63,751 nucleotides of DNA. It comes from Candidatus Micrarchaeum sp. (GTDB taxonomy: Archaea > SpSt-1190 > DYHY01). Location of the stretch: the NCBI GenBank assembly GCA_020723935.1, contig DYHY01000001.1, forward strand, positions 51,265 through 115,015, given 5' to 3'. The notes under the pieces are model-generated. The model saw only the letters and a list, made by a program, of their open reading frames with translations, had not been told where the DNA came from and did no database searches. The stretch's first letter is position 1. Every line of letters begins with the position of its first letter. The translations under genes were made by a program, and so were the position numbers. Positions 9,156 through 17,398 of the stretch are shown piece by piece.

Positions 9156-9177
9156 GGGGGACACGGCCGCCTCCGAC

Positions 9178-10870
9178 GTGACGGTCTTCGCTGCGGCGTG
9201 CGCGGCCGCAGTCGTCCTCCTCGTTCTCCTGGCGTCGTCCGGCAGGGGGAACGCGATCGGGACGTGCGCGGGCTGCAACATCCTAATCGTCGAGATAGAT
9301 CTCTGAACCCGTCCCACATCGGCGCGTACGGCTACGCCCGCAACACGACGCCCAACATTGATTCGATCGCATCCCGAGGCGTGCTCTTCGAGCAGGCATA
9401 CTCTCCCGCCAAATACACGTTCGAGGCCAACCTGTCCATCTTCACCGGGAGGAGACCCTCGGAGCACGCCAGCTCCTTCATCTACTACAACGAGACGTTC
9501 TACAAGCGGCGCCTCGGGGCGTCGGAGGAGACCCTTGCAAAGAGCCTCGCCGCCGCCGGTTACAGGACGGCTGCTTTCACGACCTCCGAGGTATACGACG
9601 AGGAGGATGTGTGTCTGCTGGGCTTCGGCGAATCCGCGCTCTACGACCGCAGGCCCTACGACGAGGAGGAGCACCCGATGCGCGACGCGCAGAGATGGAT
9701 AGGCGCGGGCGGCAGCGGCAAGCCGCCGTTCTTCGCATTGGTGCACGACGTCAGCATCCACTATCCCTGAAAGGGGGCAGGCGAGCACGCGTTCGATCCC
9801 AGATACTCCGGTCCTGTGGACAACCTGAGCCTGATGTGGGGCGCGGCGTACAACGAAGTGACGCGGGGCGAAGACGGCGCGTATTACTATTCGGGATCCG
9901 ACCTGAACGGCTCCAGAATCCGCCTTTCCGGGGCCGACGTGGCGCACATAACATCCAACTACGACTCGAGGCTGCGCAGGGCGGATGCGTTGCTTGGCGA
10001 ACTCCTGGGTTTCCTCAGGAAGGAGGGGCTCATGGAGAACACTGTGATAGCCTTCACGGCCGAGCACGGCACCGTCGTCGGGGAGGAGGACGCGTACATG
10101 TTCAGGAACAACTGGCTATGGAGGGAGAACTTCGCCGTCCCGCTGATATTGAGCATCCCGGGAGGAAGGAACGCGAGGGTCGGCGGCGGGAAATTCTCGA
10201 CAATAGAGCTCAAAGATTCCCTGCTCTCGATCGTCGGCCTCCCGTACTACGCGGCCGCCCGGGTCGAGCAGATGGGCCGCGAGGTGGCGGGGCTCCTTTC
10301 CCGGAGCGGATGCGCCAACCTCGACATAGGGATAGAATCCGGGAACGAGCGGCTGAGGAGGAACGTCCTCAAGAGGAACTACACGAACGCGACGGTCGTC
10401 AGGGCCTTCGGCAACGCGGCGAAGGCGGGCCTGAGGACGAGCTCGGAGAACATCATAGGCATACCCTACGAGACGCCGGAAAACGTCATCGAGACGATAA
10501 AGCTCAACGCGAAGGTCTCGCCGTTCAAGAGCTCGGTGAACATCCTCTACCCATTCAAGGGGACGGAGCTAGCGACCTCTGCTACCGGAACGGGTGGGTG
10601 GACGAGGGGGCGCGGGAGGGGGCGGTCCTCGCGTACATGACGTCCGTCCTGAGGCTCCCGACGATAAGCTGCAGGCAGATAGAGTACTTCCGCTACAACT
10701 TCCACGCTCTGCAGAACTTCTACGCGGGGAGGCATGGGAGGATGCTGCGCTACAAGCTGATAAGCGACGTGAAGACGTTCCTCAACGAGGGGGGCATGAC
10801 GAAGATGGGGCGCATAGGCTCGATACTCCCCCTCTGGCGCGCGGTCGGCAGGTTCTTCTGGCATTTCTAG
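9178..10870 (+). pseudogene. Sulfatase-like (alkaline-phosphatase superfamily) gene with a frameshift and an in-frame TGA, fused to the 3' third of a radical SAM paralog that is itself frameshifted
   Basis: GTG 9178 opens a TM anchor and NILIVEID. A 1-nt shift at about 9298-9303 leads into SLNPSHIGAYGYARNTTPNID. An in-frame TGA sits at 9768-9770 (HYP*KGAGEHAFDP). At about 10250-10262 sulfatase similarity ends and ARVEQMGREVAGLLSRSGCANLDIGIESGNERLRRNV begins, parallel to 11770-11880 of the next gene. A 1-nt deletion at about 10572 lies within GTEL(G)DLCYRNGWV. Confidence 0.65.
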
Positions 10871-10922
10871 GCTGCCGGAGGAAGCAATAAAAGCGGGCCG
10901 GCGGGGGTGGGACCCGACACAG

Positions 10923-11882
10923 ATGCCCTTGAAGGTCCTCTTCGTGCTCCTGGATTTCTACATGGAGGGCCGCAGGCCTCACAACGGCCTCGCCGCCCTT
11001 TCCGCCAGCCTCAAGGCCGCCGGGCACAGGACGGCACTCTGCCACGTCTGGCTCTCGGACCACAACAGGTTGAGGGGGATGATCTCCTCAAAAGTGGCCT
11101 CGTTCAAGCCGGACGTCGTCGCGTTCTCCTGCACGGAAGTGGAGCACCGGCTCCTCTCCGACGCAGCTAGGTTCGTGCGCGAGGAGTTCCCGCATATCCC
11201 GGTGGTCGTCGGCGGGGCGTACGCGACCCTCGCGCCCGAGGAGGTCCTCGCCGCGACCGGCGCGCACTGCGTCTTCGTGGGCGAGGCCGATGTCAGCTTC
11301 CCGGAGTTCCTGAGGAGAATGGAGGAGGCAGGCAGGCCCCCGGCGGACGTGCGGGGGACGTGCGCCATCAGGAACGGGAAGCTGGCGCGCATACCTCCGG
11401 CGAGGCTCCCGGACCCGTGCACTCTGCCCGAGCCCGACCTCTCCCTCTTCGACAAGTCGTCCGTCGTCTTCGACGCGAGCCGCGGCGGCATGAGCAGGCG
11501 CTCCATCTATTTCGTCGCGAAGCGCGGCTGCCCCTTCCAGTACACGTACTGCGTAAACAAGCACGCGGCGGCCCTCCACGACAGGAGCGGCTCCTATCTC
11601 AGGAGCCTGGAGGTCGGGCGGGTGATAGGCGAGATAAGGCGCCTGAAGGAGCGGTACTCCTTCAACGAGATCGTCTTCAACGACGAGGTCTTCACGGGCG
11701 ACCGCGAGTGGCTGCGGGAGTTCTCGGCGGCGTACCGGCGCGAGATCGCGATCCCCTTTTTCGCCTCCTCGAGGGTCGAGTCCGTGGATTCCGAGGCAGT
11801 CTCCCTCCTCTCCGGGAGCGGGTGCAAGTGCCTGGACATGGGGATAGAGTCCGGGAACGAGTGGATAAGGAGGAACGTGTGA
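10923..11882 (+). CDS. B12-binding radical SAM protein, N-terminal ORF (cluster motif degenerate: C-x3-Y-x2-C)
   Basis: Begins MPLKVLFVLLDFYMEG (B12 domain). Reads KRGCPFQYTYC where CX3CX2C is expected. Ends ...LDMGIESGNEWIRRNV at TGA 11880-11882. aataaaag box lies 30 nt upstream. Confidence 0.7.
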   Translation: MPLKVLFVLLDFYMEGRRPHNGLAALSASLKAAGHRTALCHVWLSDHNRLRGMISSKVASFKPDVVAFSCTEVEHRLLSDAARFVREEFPHIPVVVGGAYATLAPEEVLAATGAHCVFVGEADVSFPEFLRRMEEAGRPPADVRGTCAIRNGKLARIPPARLPDPCTLPEPDLSLFDKSSVVFDASRGGMSRRSIYFVAKRGCPFQYTYCVNKHAAALHDRSGSYLRSLEVGRVIGEIRRLKERYSFNEIVFNDEVFTGDREWLREFSAAYRREIAIPFFASSRVESVDSEAVSLLSGSGCKCLDMGIESGNEWIRRNV

Positions 11883-12385
11883 TGGGCCGGCGGTATTCGA
11901 ACTCCACCGTCATCAAGGCCTTCTCGAAGGTCAAGGGCGCCGGGATGAGCACGAGCTCGGAGAACGTGATAGGCGTCCCGCACGAGACGGTGCGCTCGAT
12001 GCTCGAGACGGTGAAGCTCAACGCGAAGGTTGATCCCCTCAGCGCGAACGTCAACGTCTTCTACCCGTTCAGGGGGACGGAGCTAGGCGACCTCTGCCAC
12101 AAGAACGGATGGGTGGAATCGGACCTCAGGAAGATAGCCCTCTTCCCGTTCACCTCGTCGATACTGCGGATCCCGACCGCCTCCAAGGGCCAGATAGACT
12201 TCTTCTGGAACAACTTCCACGCGATGCAGAGCTTCTATTCCGGGAGGCACGGGAGGATGCTGCGCTACAAGATATCTGCGAGCGTCAAGGAAGCTCTCGG
12301 AAGCACGGGCTTCTCGGAGTTCGGCAGGTTCCAGGCCTTCGCGGGGCCCTGGAACAGAGTCAGGGCCGCGTTCAGGACGAGGTGA
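11882..12385 (+). CDS. C-terminal part of the same radical SAM protein, in a separate ORF overlapping by 1 nt (TGATG)
   Basis: MGRRYSNSTVIKAFSKVKGAGMSTSSENVIGVPHET... continues the TIM-barrel sequence. It is colinear with the fragment at 10360-10870. Confidence 0.6.
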   Translation: MGRRYSNSTVIKAFSKVKGAGMSTSSENVIGVPHETVRSMLETVKLNAKVDPLSANVNVFYPFRGTELGDLCHKNGWVESDLRKIALFPFTSSILRIPTASKGQIDFFWNNFHAMQSFYSGRHGRMLRYKISASVKEALGSTGFSEFGRFQAFAGPWNRVRAAFRTR

Positions 12386-12396
12386 GGCAGGGGAAG

Positions 12397-13479
12397 ATGG
12401 GAACGACCGGCGCAGGGGAGGAGACGTCTGAGATACGCGAGGGCGAGACGACTCTCGTCGTCCCCGCCGTCGCAAGGCCGGAGGAGGGCGAAGTCTTCTA
12501 CAACCCGGTGCAGCGCCTCGCCAGGGACGTCTCCATCTGCGTCTACAAATGCCTTGCGCCCGAGACATTGTGCGATGCCCTGGCCGCGAGCGGCGCGAGG
12601 GGGGTGAGGATAGCAAAGGAGGTCGGCGCGCGTGTGACATGCTGCGACAGGAGCGAGGCCGCATGCAGCCTCATCCGCAGGAACGCTGATCTCAACGGCG
12701 TCGAGGTGGAGGTCGTGCGCTCGGACGCAAGCGCCGCTCTCTCGGCCGGCCACTGGGACGCGGTCGATGTCGACCCGTTCGGAAGTCCGGTCGGGTTCTT
12801 CGATCTCGCCGCCCGGGCGGCGAGGAGGCACCTTGCAATAACCGCGACCGACCCGGCGGCGCTCTGCGGGGTGTATCCGCGCGTGACGCGCAGGAGGTAT
12901 CTTGCGGACGTCGTGAAGACGGAGTTCTACCACGAGGTCGGCGTGAGGATCCTCGCCGGCTTCGCCGTGCGCACCGCCGCCAAATACGACGTCGCGCTCA
13001 GGCCGATCTTCGCCCATTCCTCCGACCACTACTACAGGATCTATTTCTCCAAGGAGACTGGCGGAAGGCGCGCGGACGCCGCGCTCGAAAGCCTCGGGAC
13101 GCTGCGCTGGTGCAGGAAGTGTCTCGCAAGGGGCCTCGGGGGCACCGGCTGCTCGTGCGGGGCGGACGCCCCAATAGGCCCCTTATATGCGGGCGAGCTC
13201 TTCGACTGGGACCTCGCGCGGCGCGCCCTCGCGGAGGCGCAGGCAAGGGGCTTCTCGGAAGCAGCGGGGCTCCTGGGCGCCATAGCAGGCGAGAGCAGGA
13301 TGCCGGCCTTCCACTACGACCATCACGCGCTCTGCAAGGCGAAGGGCGTCCCCCCCAGGAAGCTCTCCAAAGTCCTCGCCGCCCTCGCGGCAGCCGGCTT
13401 CCGGGCCGGGAGGACGCATTTCTCCGAGACGGGCTTCAGGACCGACGCCGCGCTGTCCGAGATAATGAAGGCGGTCTAG
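12397..13479 (+). CDS. trm1: tRNA (guanine26-N2)-dimethyltransferase Trm1
   Basis: Internal ATG 12397. Contains FYNPVQRLARDVS, DALAASGARGVR, DVDPFGSP and a C-terminal Cys-rich insert. 360 aa, TAG stop. Confidence 0.9.
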   Translation: MGTTGAGEETSEIREGETTLVVPAVARPEEGEVFYNPVQRLARDVSICVYKCLAPETLCDALAASGARGVRIAKEVGARVTCCDRSEAACSLIRRNADLNGVEVEVVRSDASAALSAGHWDAVDVDPFGSPVGFFDLAARAARRHLAITATDPAALCGVYPRVTRRRYLADVVKTEFYHEVGVRILAGFAVRTAAKYDVALRPIFAHSSDHYYRIYFSKETGGRRADAALESLGTLRWCRKCLARGLGGTGCSCGADAPIGPLYAGELFDWDLARRALAEAQARGFSEAAGLLGAIAGESRMPAFHYDHHALCKAKGVPPRKLSKVLAALAAAGFRAGRTHFSETGFRTDAALSEIMKAV

Positions 13480-13491
13480 CAGCGGGCGCGT

Positions 13492-14466
13492 TCACTCTTC
13501 GATCTGCAGGTTCGTGAGGGTCTTGAGCTCGCGGACCAGCTCCTTGTAGCGGTTCCTGATGGTGACTTCGGTGACCCCGGCGATGTCGGCGACCTGCCTC
13601 TGCGTCCTCTTCTCGCCAACCATATAGGCGGCGATGTAGAGCACCGCCGCGGCGACGCCCGTCGGGCCCCTGCCGCTCGTGAGCTCCTTCTCCTTGGACT
13701 GCTTGAGGATTTCAAGGGCCTTCGTCACAACCACGCCCGAAAGCTGCAGCTGCGAGGCGAAGCGCGGGATGTAGTCGGCGGGATCTGTCGGGAGGATCCG
13801 CAGGCCCACCTGCCTTGCGAGGAACCTGTAAGTCCTGCCTATCTCGCGCTTGGGGACGTGGGAGACCTCCGATATCTCGTCAAGCGTGCGGGGCGTGCCG
13901 TGCTCGCGGCAGGCCGCGTAGAGGGCGCCCGCGATGACCGATTCCATGCTCCTGCCGCGCACGAGCTCCTTTGCGACCGCCTTCCTGTAGAGGAGGGCTA
14001 TTGTCTCCTCGACGGAGTGCGGGAGGTTGAGGAACGAGGTGTAGCGCTTGAGCTCGGCGAGGGCGTACTTGAGGTTCCTCTCGGTCGCCGTCGATATCCT
14101 CTGCTGCCATTTCTTCAGGCGGAAGAACTTGGGCCGCTTGCTCGCCGGGAGCTTGAAGATGTCGGAGTAGCCCATCCCTATCTCCGTCGAGATGCCCTTG
14201 TCGTGGCGGGCGAGGGATATCGGGGCGCCGGAGCGCCTCTTCTTGTCGCTGTCGCCCGAGTCGAACTCGCGCCATTCCTGGGAGAAATCCACCATGTCGT
14301 CCTCAATGACGAGGCCGCAGGACGCGCAGACGACCTCGCCGCGCGTCTTGTCCTTGAAGATCTTCTTGCTTCCGCATTCGGGGCACTCGAGAGTCCCCTC
14401 CATGTCTTTCTCTAGGAGCACCCCGGTCGAAGCGGAGCCGCCACCTGTCGCGTTGAGAGCGGGCAT
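13492..14466 (-). CDS. tfb: Transcription initiation factor TFB
   Basis: Zn ribbon CPECGS...CASCG followed by two cyclin-fold repeats. A GGTGGAGGT Shine-Dalgarno-like element lies about 13 nt upstream of ATG 14466. TGA stop. Confidence 0.95.
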   Translation of the reverse strand: MPALNATGGGSASTGVLLEKDMEGTLECPECGSKKIFKDKTRGEVVCASCGLVIEDDMVDFSQEWREFDSGDSDKKRRSGAPISLARHDKGISTEIGMGYSDIFKLPASKRPKFFRLKKWQQRISTATERNLKYALAELKRYTSFLNLPHSVEETIALLYRKAVAKELVRGRSMESVIAGALYAACREHGTPRTLDEISEVSHVPKREIGRTYRFLARQVGLRILPTDPADYIPRFASQLQLSGVVVTKALEILKQSKEKELTSGRGPTGVAAAVLYIAAYMVGEKRTQRQVADIAGVTEVTIRNRYKELVRELKTLTNLQIEE

Positions 14467-14562
14467 TCGTTCTTGCTACCTCCACCAAAAAGTATTAATA
14501 TCGAAAGGAAAACCTCTTTTTAAATATTGCGTAGCTGATAAAAAGCTAAGTTAGGCCCTTAT

Positions 14563-15660
14563 TCAGGTCTTCTTTTCCAGGTCGTCGGCTATCTTTGAGA
14601 TTTTGATCATTGTCTTCTTGAGGGCGGCGATCCTCTCCAGGGTGGAAAGGCTCCTTGGCGCCTCGCGCGAAACGGGGACCCTTGTCGGGACGCGGCCCAG
14701 CACCCTGTCGCGTATGCCTTCTGCCTCGGGAAGGCTCTGGATAGGGGCTGCCTGGGGCAGGAAAGAAGAGGGCGCGACGGGCTGCTGGGGCGCCGGCTGC
14801 GGCAGGTATTGTGCCTGCGCCGGCTGCCGGCGCGGCGGCAGGGAGGAGACCTTCCTGACTGCGAATATCACGAGGAGGATCCCGGCCAGGCCCAGCAGGA
14901 TTCCGCCTGCGATCGGCCCGTACTGCTGGAGCAGGCCCTGCCCTGTCTCCGGCGAGCCGAAGATGAGGTCTCCCAGGTCCATCCCGCCGGCGGTCGTCTG
15001 CGTCGCGCAGGCGCTGCAGTCGGCCGAGCACGTCGCGCAGGACTCGTTTCCGCCGCACGTCCCGTCGCCGCAGGTCTGCGTCCAGCAGACCCCGCAGTCC
15101 TTGGGGCACGCGGAGCATGATTCGGCTCCGGCGCACCTGCCGTCGCCGCAAACCGCGGCCTCGGCGGGCGGGCCTATCCTGATTGCAGTCGTCTTCGAAT
15201 TGAAGCCGCCGGGATAGATCCAGAGCGTGACGACGCTGTGCTCCGAGCCGTTCTGGGCGCCGGAGGGGATGGAGAGCTGATAGGAAAGGACGATCGAATT
15301 CGCGAACTCCGATGAGAACTTCCAGTGGTAGGCGTTGTAGACCTTCCCCTGGTATGAGCGGCTCCTTGTGTCTATGCTGATGTGGTCCTTGGGGTAGCCC
15401 GAAATTGACCAGTTGGTTATCGTCCATCCGGACGGGACGAACTCGGCGAGGTCGAAGGCGGAGAGGGGGCTGTCCCCGGCCGATATTGTGAAGGCCACAG
15501 GGAAGGAGGATCCGGGGAGGTTTGCGACCTGCCCGCTCCTCTCGACGGCCGGGTCGGCGAAGGCCGGGGCGCAGAGGGCGAGGACCGCTGCCAGGGCTAG
15601 GGCCAGGGCTAGCGGGAACGGCGCGCGCGCTGGAAGCTTATCAGTTAGAGTTAGCGGCAT
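14563..15660 (-). CDS. Type I membrane protein with an S-layer-like N-domain, two CGDGxC Cys-rich repeats, a TM helix and a Pro/Gln-rich cytoplasmic tail
   Basis: Signal peptide, then VPSGWTITNWS. CGDGRCAGAESCSACPKDCGVC and CGDGTCGGNESCATCSADCSAC occupy 15007-15150. TM helix is GPIAGGILLGLAGILLVIFAV. The start overlaps the upstream gene by 20 nt. Confidence 0.6.
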   Translation of the reverse strand: MPLTLTDKLPARAPFPLALALALAAVLALCAPAFADPAVERSGQVANLPGSSFPVAFTISAGDSPLSAFDLAEFVPSGWTITNWSISGYPKDHISIDTRSRSYQGKVYNAYHWKFSSEFANSIVLSYQLSIPSGAQNGSEHSVVTLWIYPGGFNSKTTAIRIGPPAEAAVCGDGRCAGAESCSACPKDCGVCWTQTCGDGTCGGNESCATCSADCSACATQTTAGGMDLGDLIFGSPETGQGLLQQYGPIAGGILLGLAGILLVIFAVRKVSSLPPRRQPAQAQYLPQPAPQQPVAPSSFLPQAAPIQSLPEAEGIRDRVLGRVPTRVPVSREAPRSLSTLERIAALKKTMIKISKIADDLEKKT

Positions 15661-17353
15661 AGTAGGAAGTCAGGGCGTCGAGGACCCTCCAGAAATCGAC
15701 GCCGGGCTCGCGGTTGTAGTAGCGCTCTATCAGGGATATTATGTCCCAGAAGGCGGTCCTCTGCTGGCCGGTTATCGCGAAGAGCGAGAGGCCCGGAGAG
15801 CTTGACCTAAAGTAATAGTATGTCGCATTCTCCCCGGCCGCGGTCGTCTCGAGCGGCTGCCAGGATCCGCCCGAGAACCTGAAGAGGGCAATCGTCGAGA
15901 CGTCAATGTTGTTGTCCCGAATCCAGGCCTTCGTCACGCGGAAGTCCAGCCTCACCGGCGGGATTATCTGCGAGTCCAGTATCTTCTCGTGCGTCACGTT
16001 GTCGTACTGGTAGAGCATCCCGGGCGGCGCGGGCGTGAAGTTCCCCAGGTTCAACTTCACGATGTATATGGTCGCGTTCGCTATGAACTGCCGGTAGCTG
16101 AAAAGTATTGTCGTTATCGCCTGCCTGCTCGCGTTGAAGCCGAAGCTCACCTGCGCGTTCACAGGGACCTGGCGGTAGGAGACGTCGGCGTCGGCGGGGA
16201 TCACCGTCCTGTTGGACGGGGGGATTCTGACGTCTCCAGGCCCGCCTCCGGAGCTCGTGCTGGTCGTGGTTACTGGCACAGCTATCGTCTGGCTGGAGTT
16301 GGAAACCTGCTCGCAGTTGTTCGGGAGGAGGCAGCTACTCGTGTAATAGACCAGGACGTCGCTTACGTTGAACGAGCCCAGGTACACCGAGTGGCTCGCC
16401 GAGAAGAGGCCGTCGCTGGCGTTCTGTATGGGGCCGCCGTTGAGGGCGTAGAAGAGTGTGGAGTTTGAGGACATATGGGTCGTCCAGCTGGCGGTGATGT
16501 TGGTCGTGGGCGCGGTCGTGCTGAAGGACACGCCCGACGCGCTGAAGCCTATCGTCGCGTTGATCGTCTGGTTCTCGCACGCGCCGTTGAGGCAGGAGCC
16601 CATGACGAACGACACGTTCTGCGTCGCGTTGAAGGCGGCGGAGGTCGCGGAATGGTTGAACGCCATTGTTGCGTTCCCGGCCGACCCAGCCCCCCAGTAG
16701 AGCGTCGCGTTCATGGCCGCGCGGGTGTTCCAGGTGGCGTTGACAACGTCGCCCGTCCTCGGGGACGCGGGCGAGAGGGCGGGCGAAAACATCGCCGGAC
16801 CGACCACGGGCGTTATCGTGCCGTTGGCCTGCGCCGTCGAGTTGACGCATATAGAAGTCGTCGTGTTGCAGCTCTTCACGAAGATCTCCATCTGGCAGCC
16901 GGAGGGCGGGCAGGTGTCGGGGGAGTAGGAGAAGGGCCCTATCTGAATGAGGTGGTTTTCCGAGACGGTCGCGTTCTGCACGAGGAGGACCTGCGTGCCG
17001 TTGGAGAACTTGCGCCACACCGAGGAGTTCAGGGGGTAGGGGTCCGTCCCGTTCGTCGTCGTGAACCACGTCACGTTCGACAGGACCCCGGTCACGAAGC
17101 CGTCGTTTATCCCGTTCGCCGGTGCAGCCATCATGTTGAGGATGCCGACGCCATCGACAGTGAGGTTGGGGCCCTGGCCGCACGTCCCGAGCGAGAGGCA
17201 TGCAGGGATGACCTCGAAGAGGCCCGGAAAAGTCTCGGCCTTCGCGACGTAGATGGCGAAGAGGAGGACGAGGAGGAGCGCAAGGGGCATGGCCAGAGCG
17301 AGCGCCAGCCTCATCGCCTTGCCTTTGCCCAAACGTCTCTCCGTTCCCATCAT
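15641..17353 (-). CDS. Secreted, sequon-rich protein with a C-terminal PGF-pre-PGF-like domain
   Basis: Signal/TM peptide, many N-x-S/T sites, and a C-terminal ...DFRVTKAWIRDNNIDVSTIALFRFSGGSWQPLETT...YYYFRSSSPGLSLFAITG typical of archaeal surface proteins. Confidence 0.6.
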   Translation of the reverse strand: MMGTERRLGKGKAMRLALALAMPLALLLVLLFAIYVAKAETFPGLFEVIPACLSLGTCGQGPNLTVDGVGILNMMAAPANGINDGFVTGVLSNVTWFTTTNGTDPYPLNSSVWRKFSNGTQVLLVQNATVSENHLIQIGPFSYSPDTCPPSGCQMEIFVKSCNTTTSICVNSTAQANGTITPVVGPAMFSPALSPASPRTGDVVNATWNTRAAMNATLYWGAGSAGNATMAFNHSATSAAFNATQNVSFVMGSCLNGACENQTINATIGFSASGVSFSTTAPTTNITASWTTHMSSNSTLFYALNGGPIQNASDGLFSASHSVYLGSFNVSDVLVYYTSSCLLPNNCEQVSNSSQTIAVPVTTTSTSSGGGPGDVRIPPSNRTVIPADADVSYRQVPVNAQVSFGFNASRQAITTILFSYRQFIANATIYIVKLNLGNFTPAPPGMLYQYDNVTHEKILDSQIIPPVRLDFRVTKAWIRDNNIDVSTIALFRFSGGSWQPLETTAAGENATYYYFRSSSPGLSLFAITGQQRTAFWDIISLIERYYNREPGVDFWRVLDALTSYYAANSN

Positions 17354-17398
17354 CTTCGCTTTCCTTTTTATCTGTTTAGTAGAGTCCTTCCCCGCCCA

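Noticed and set aside
9768-9770. Selenocysteine at the in-frame TGA of the sulfatase-like gene
   Set aside because: The gene is also frameshifted and chimeric. I saw no SECIS-like stem-loop. The context HYP-TGA-KG suggests a mutated TGG codon.
3336-10250. SPASM radical SAM plus sulfatase as an anaerobic sulfatase-maturase pair
   Set aside because: The sulfatase-like protein lacks the C/S-x-P-x-R formylglycine motif. The region reads AKYTFEANLSIFTGRRP, which is more like Thr-nucleophile phosphotransferases. The two genes are 5 kb apart with unrelated genes between them.
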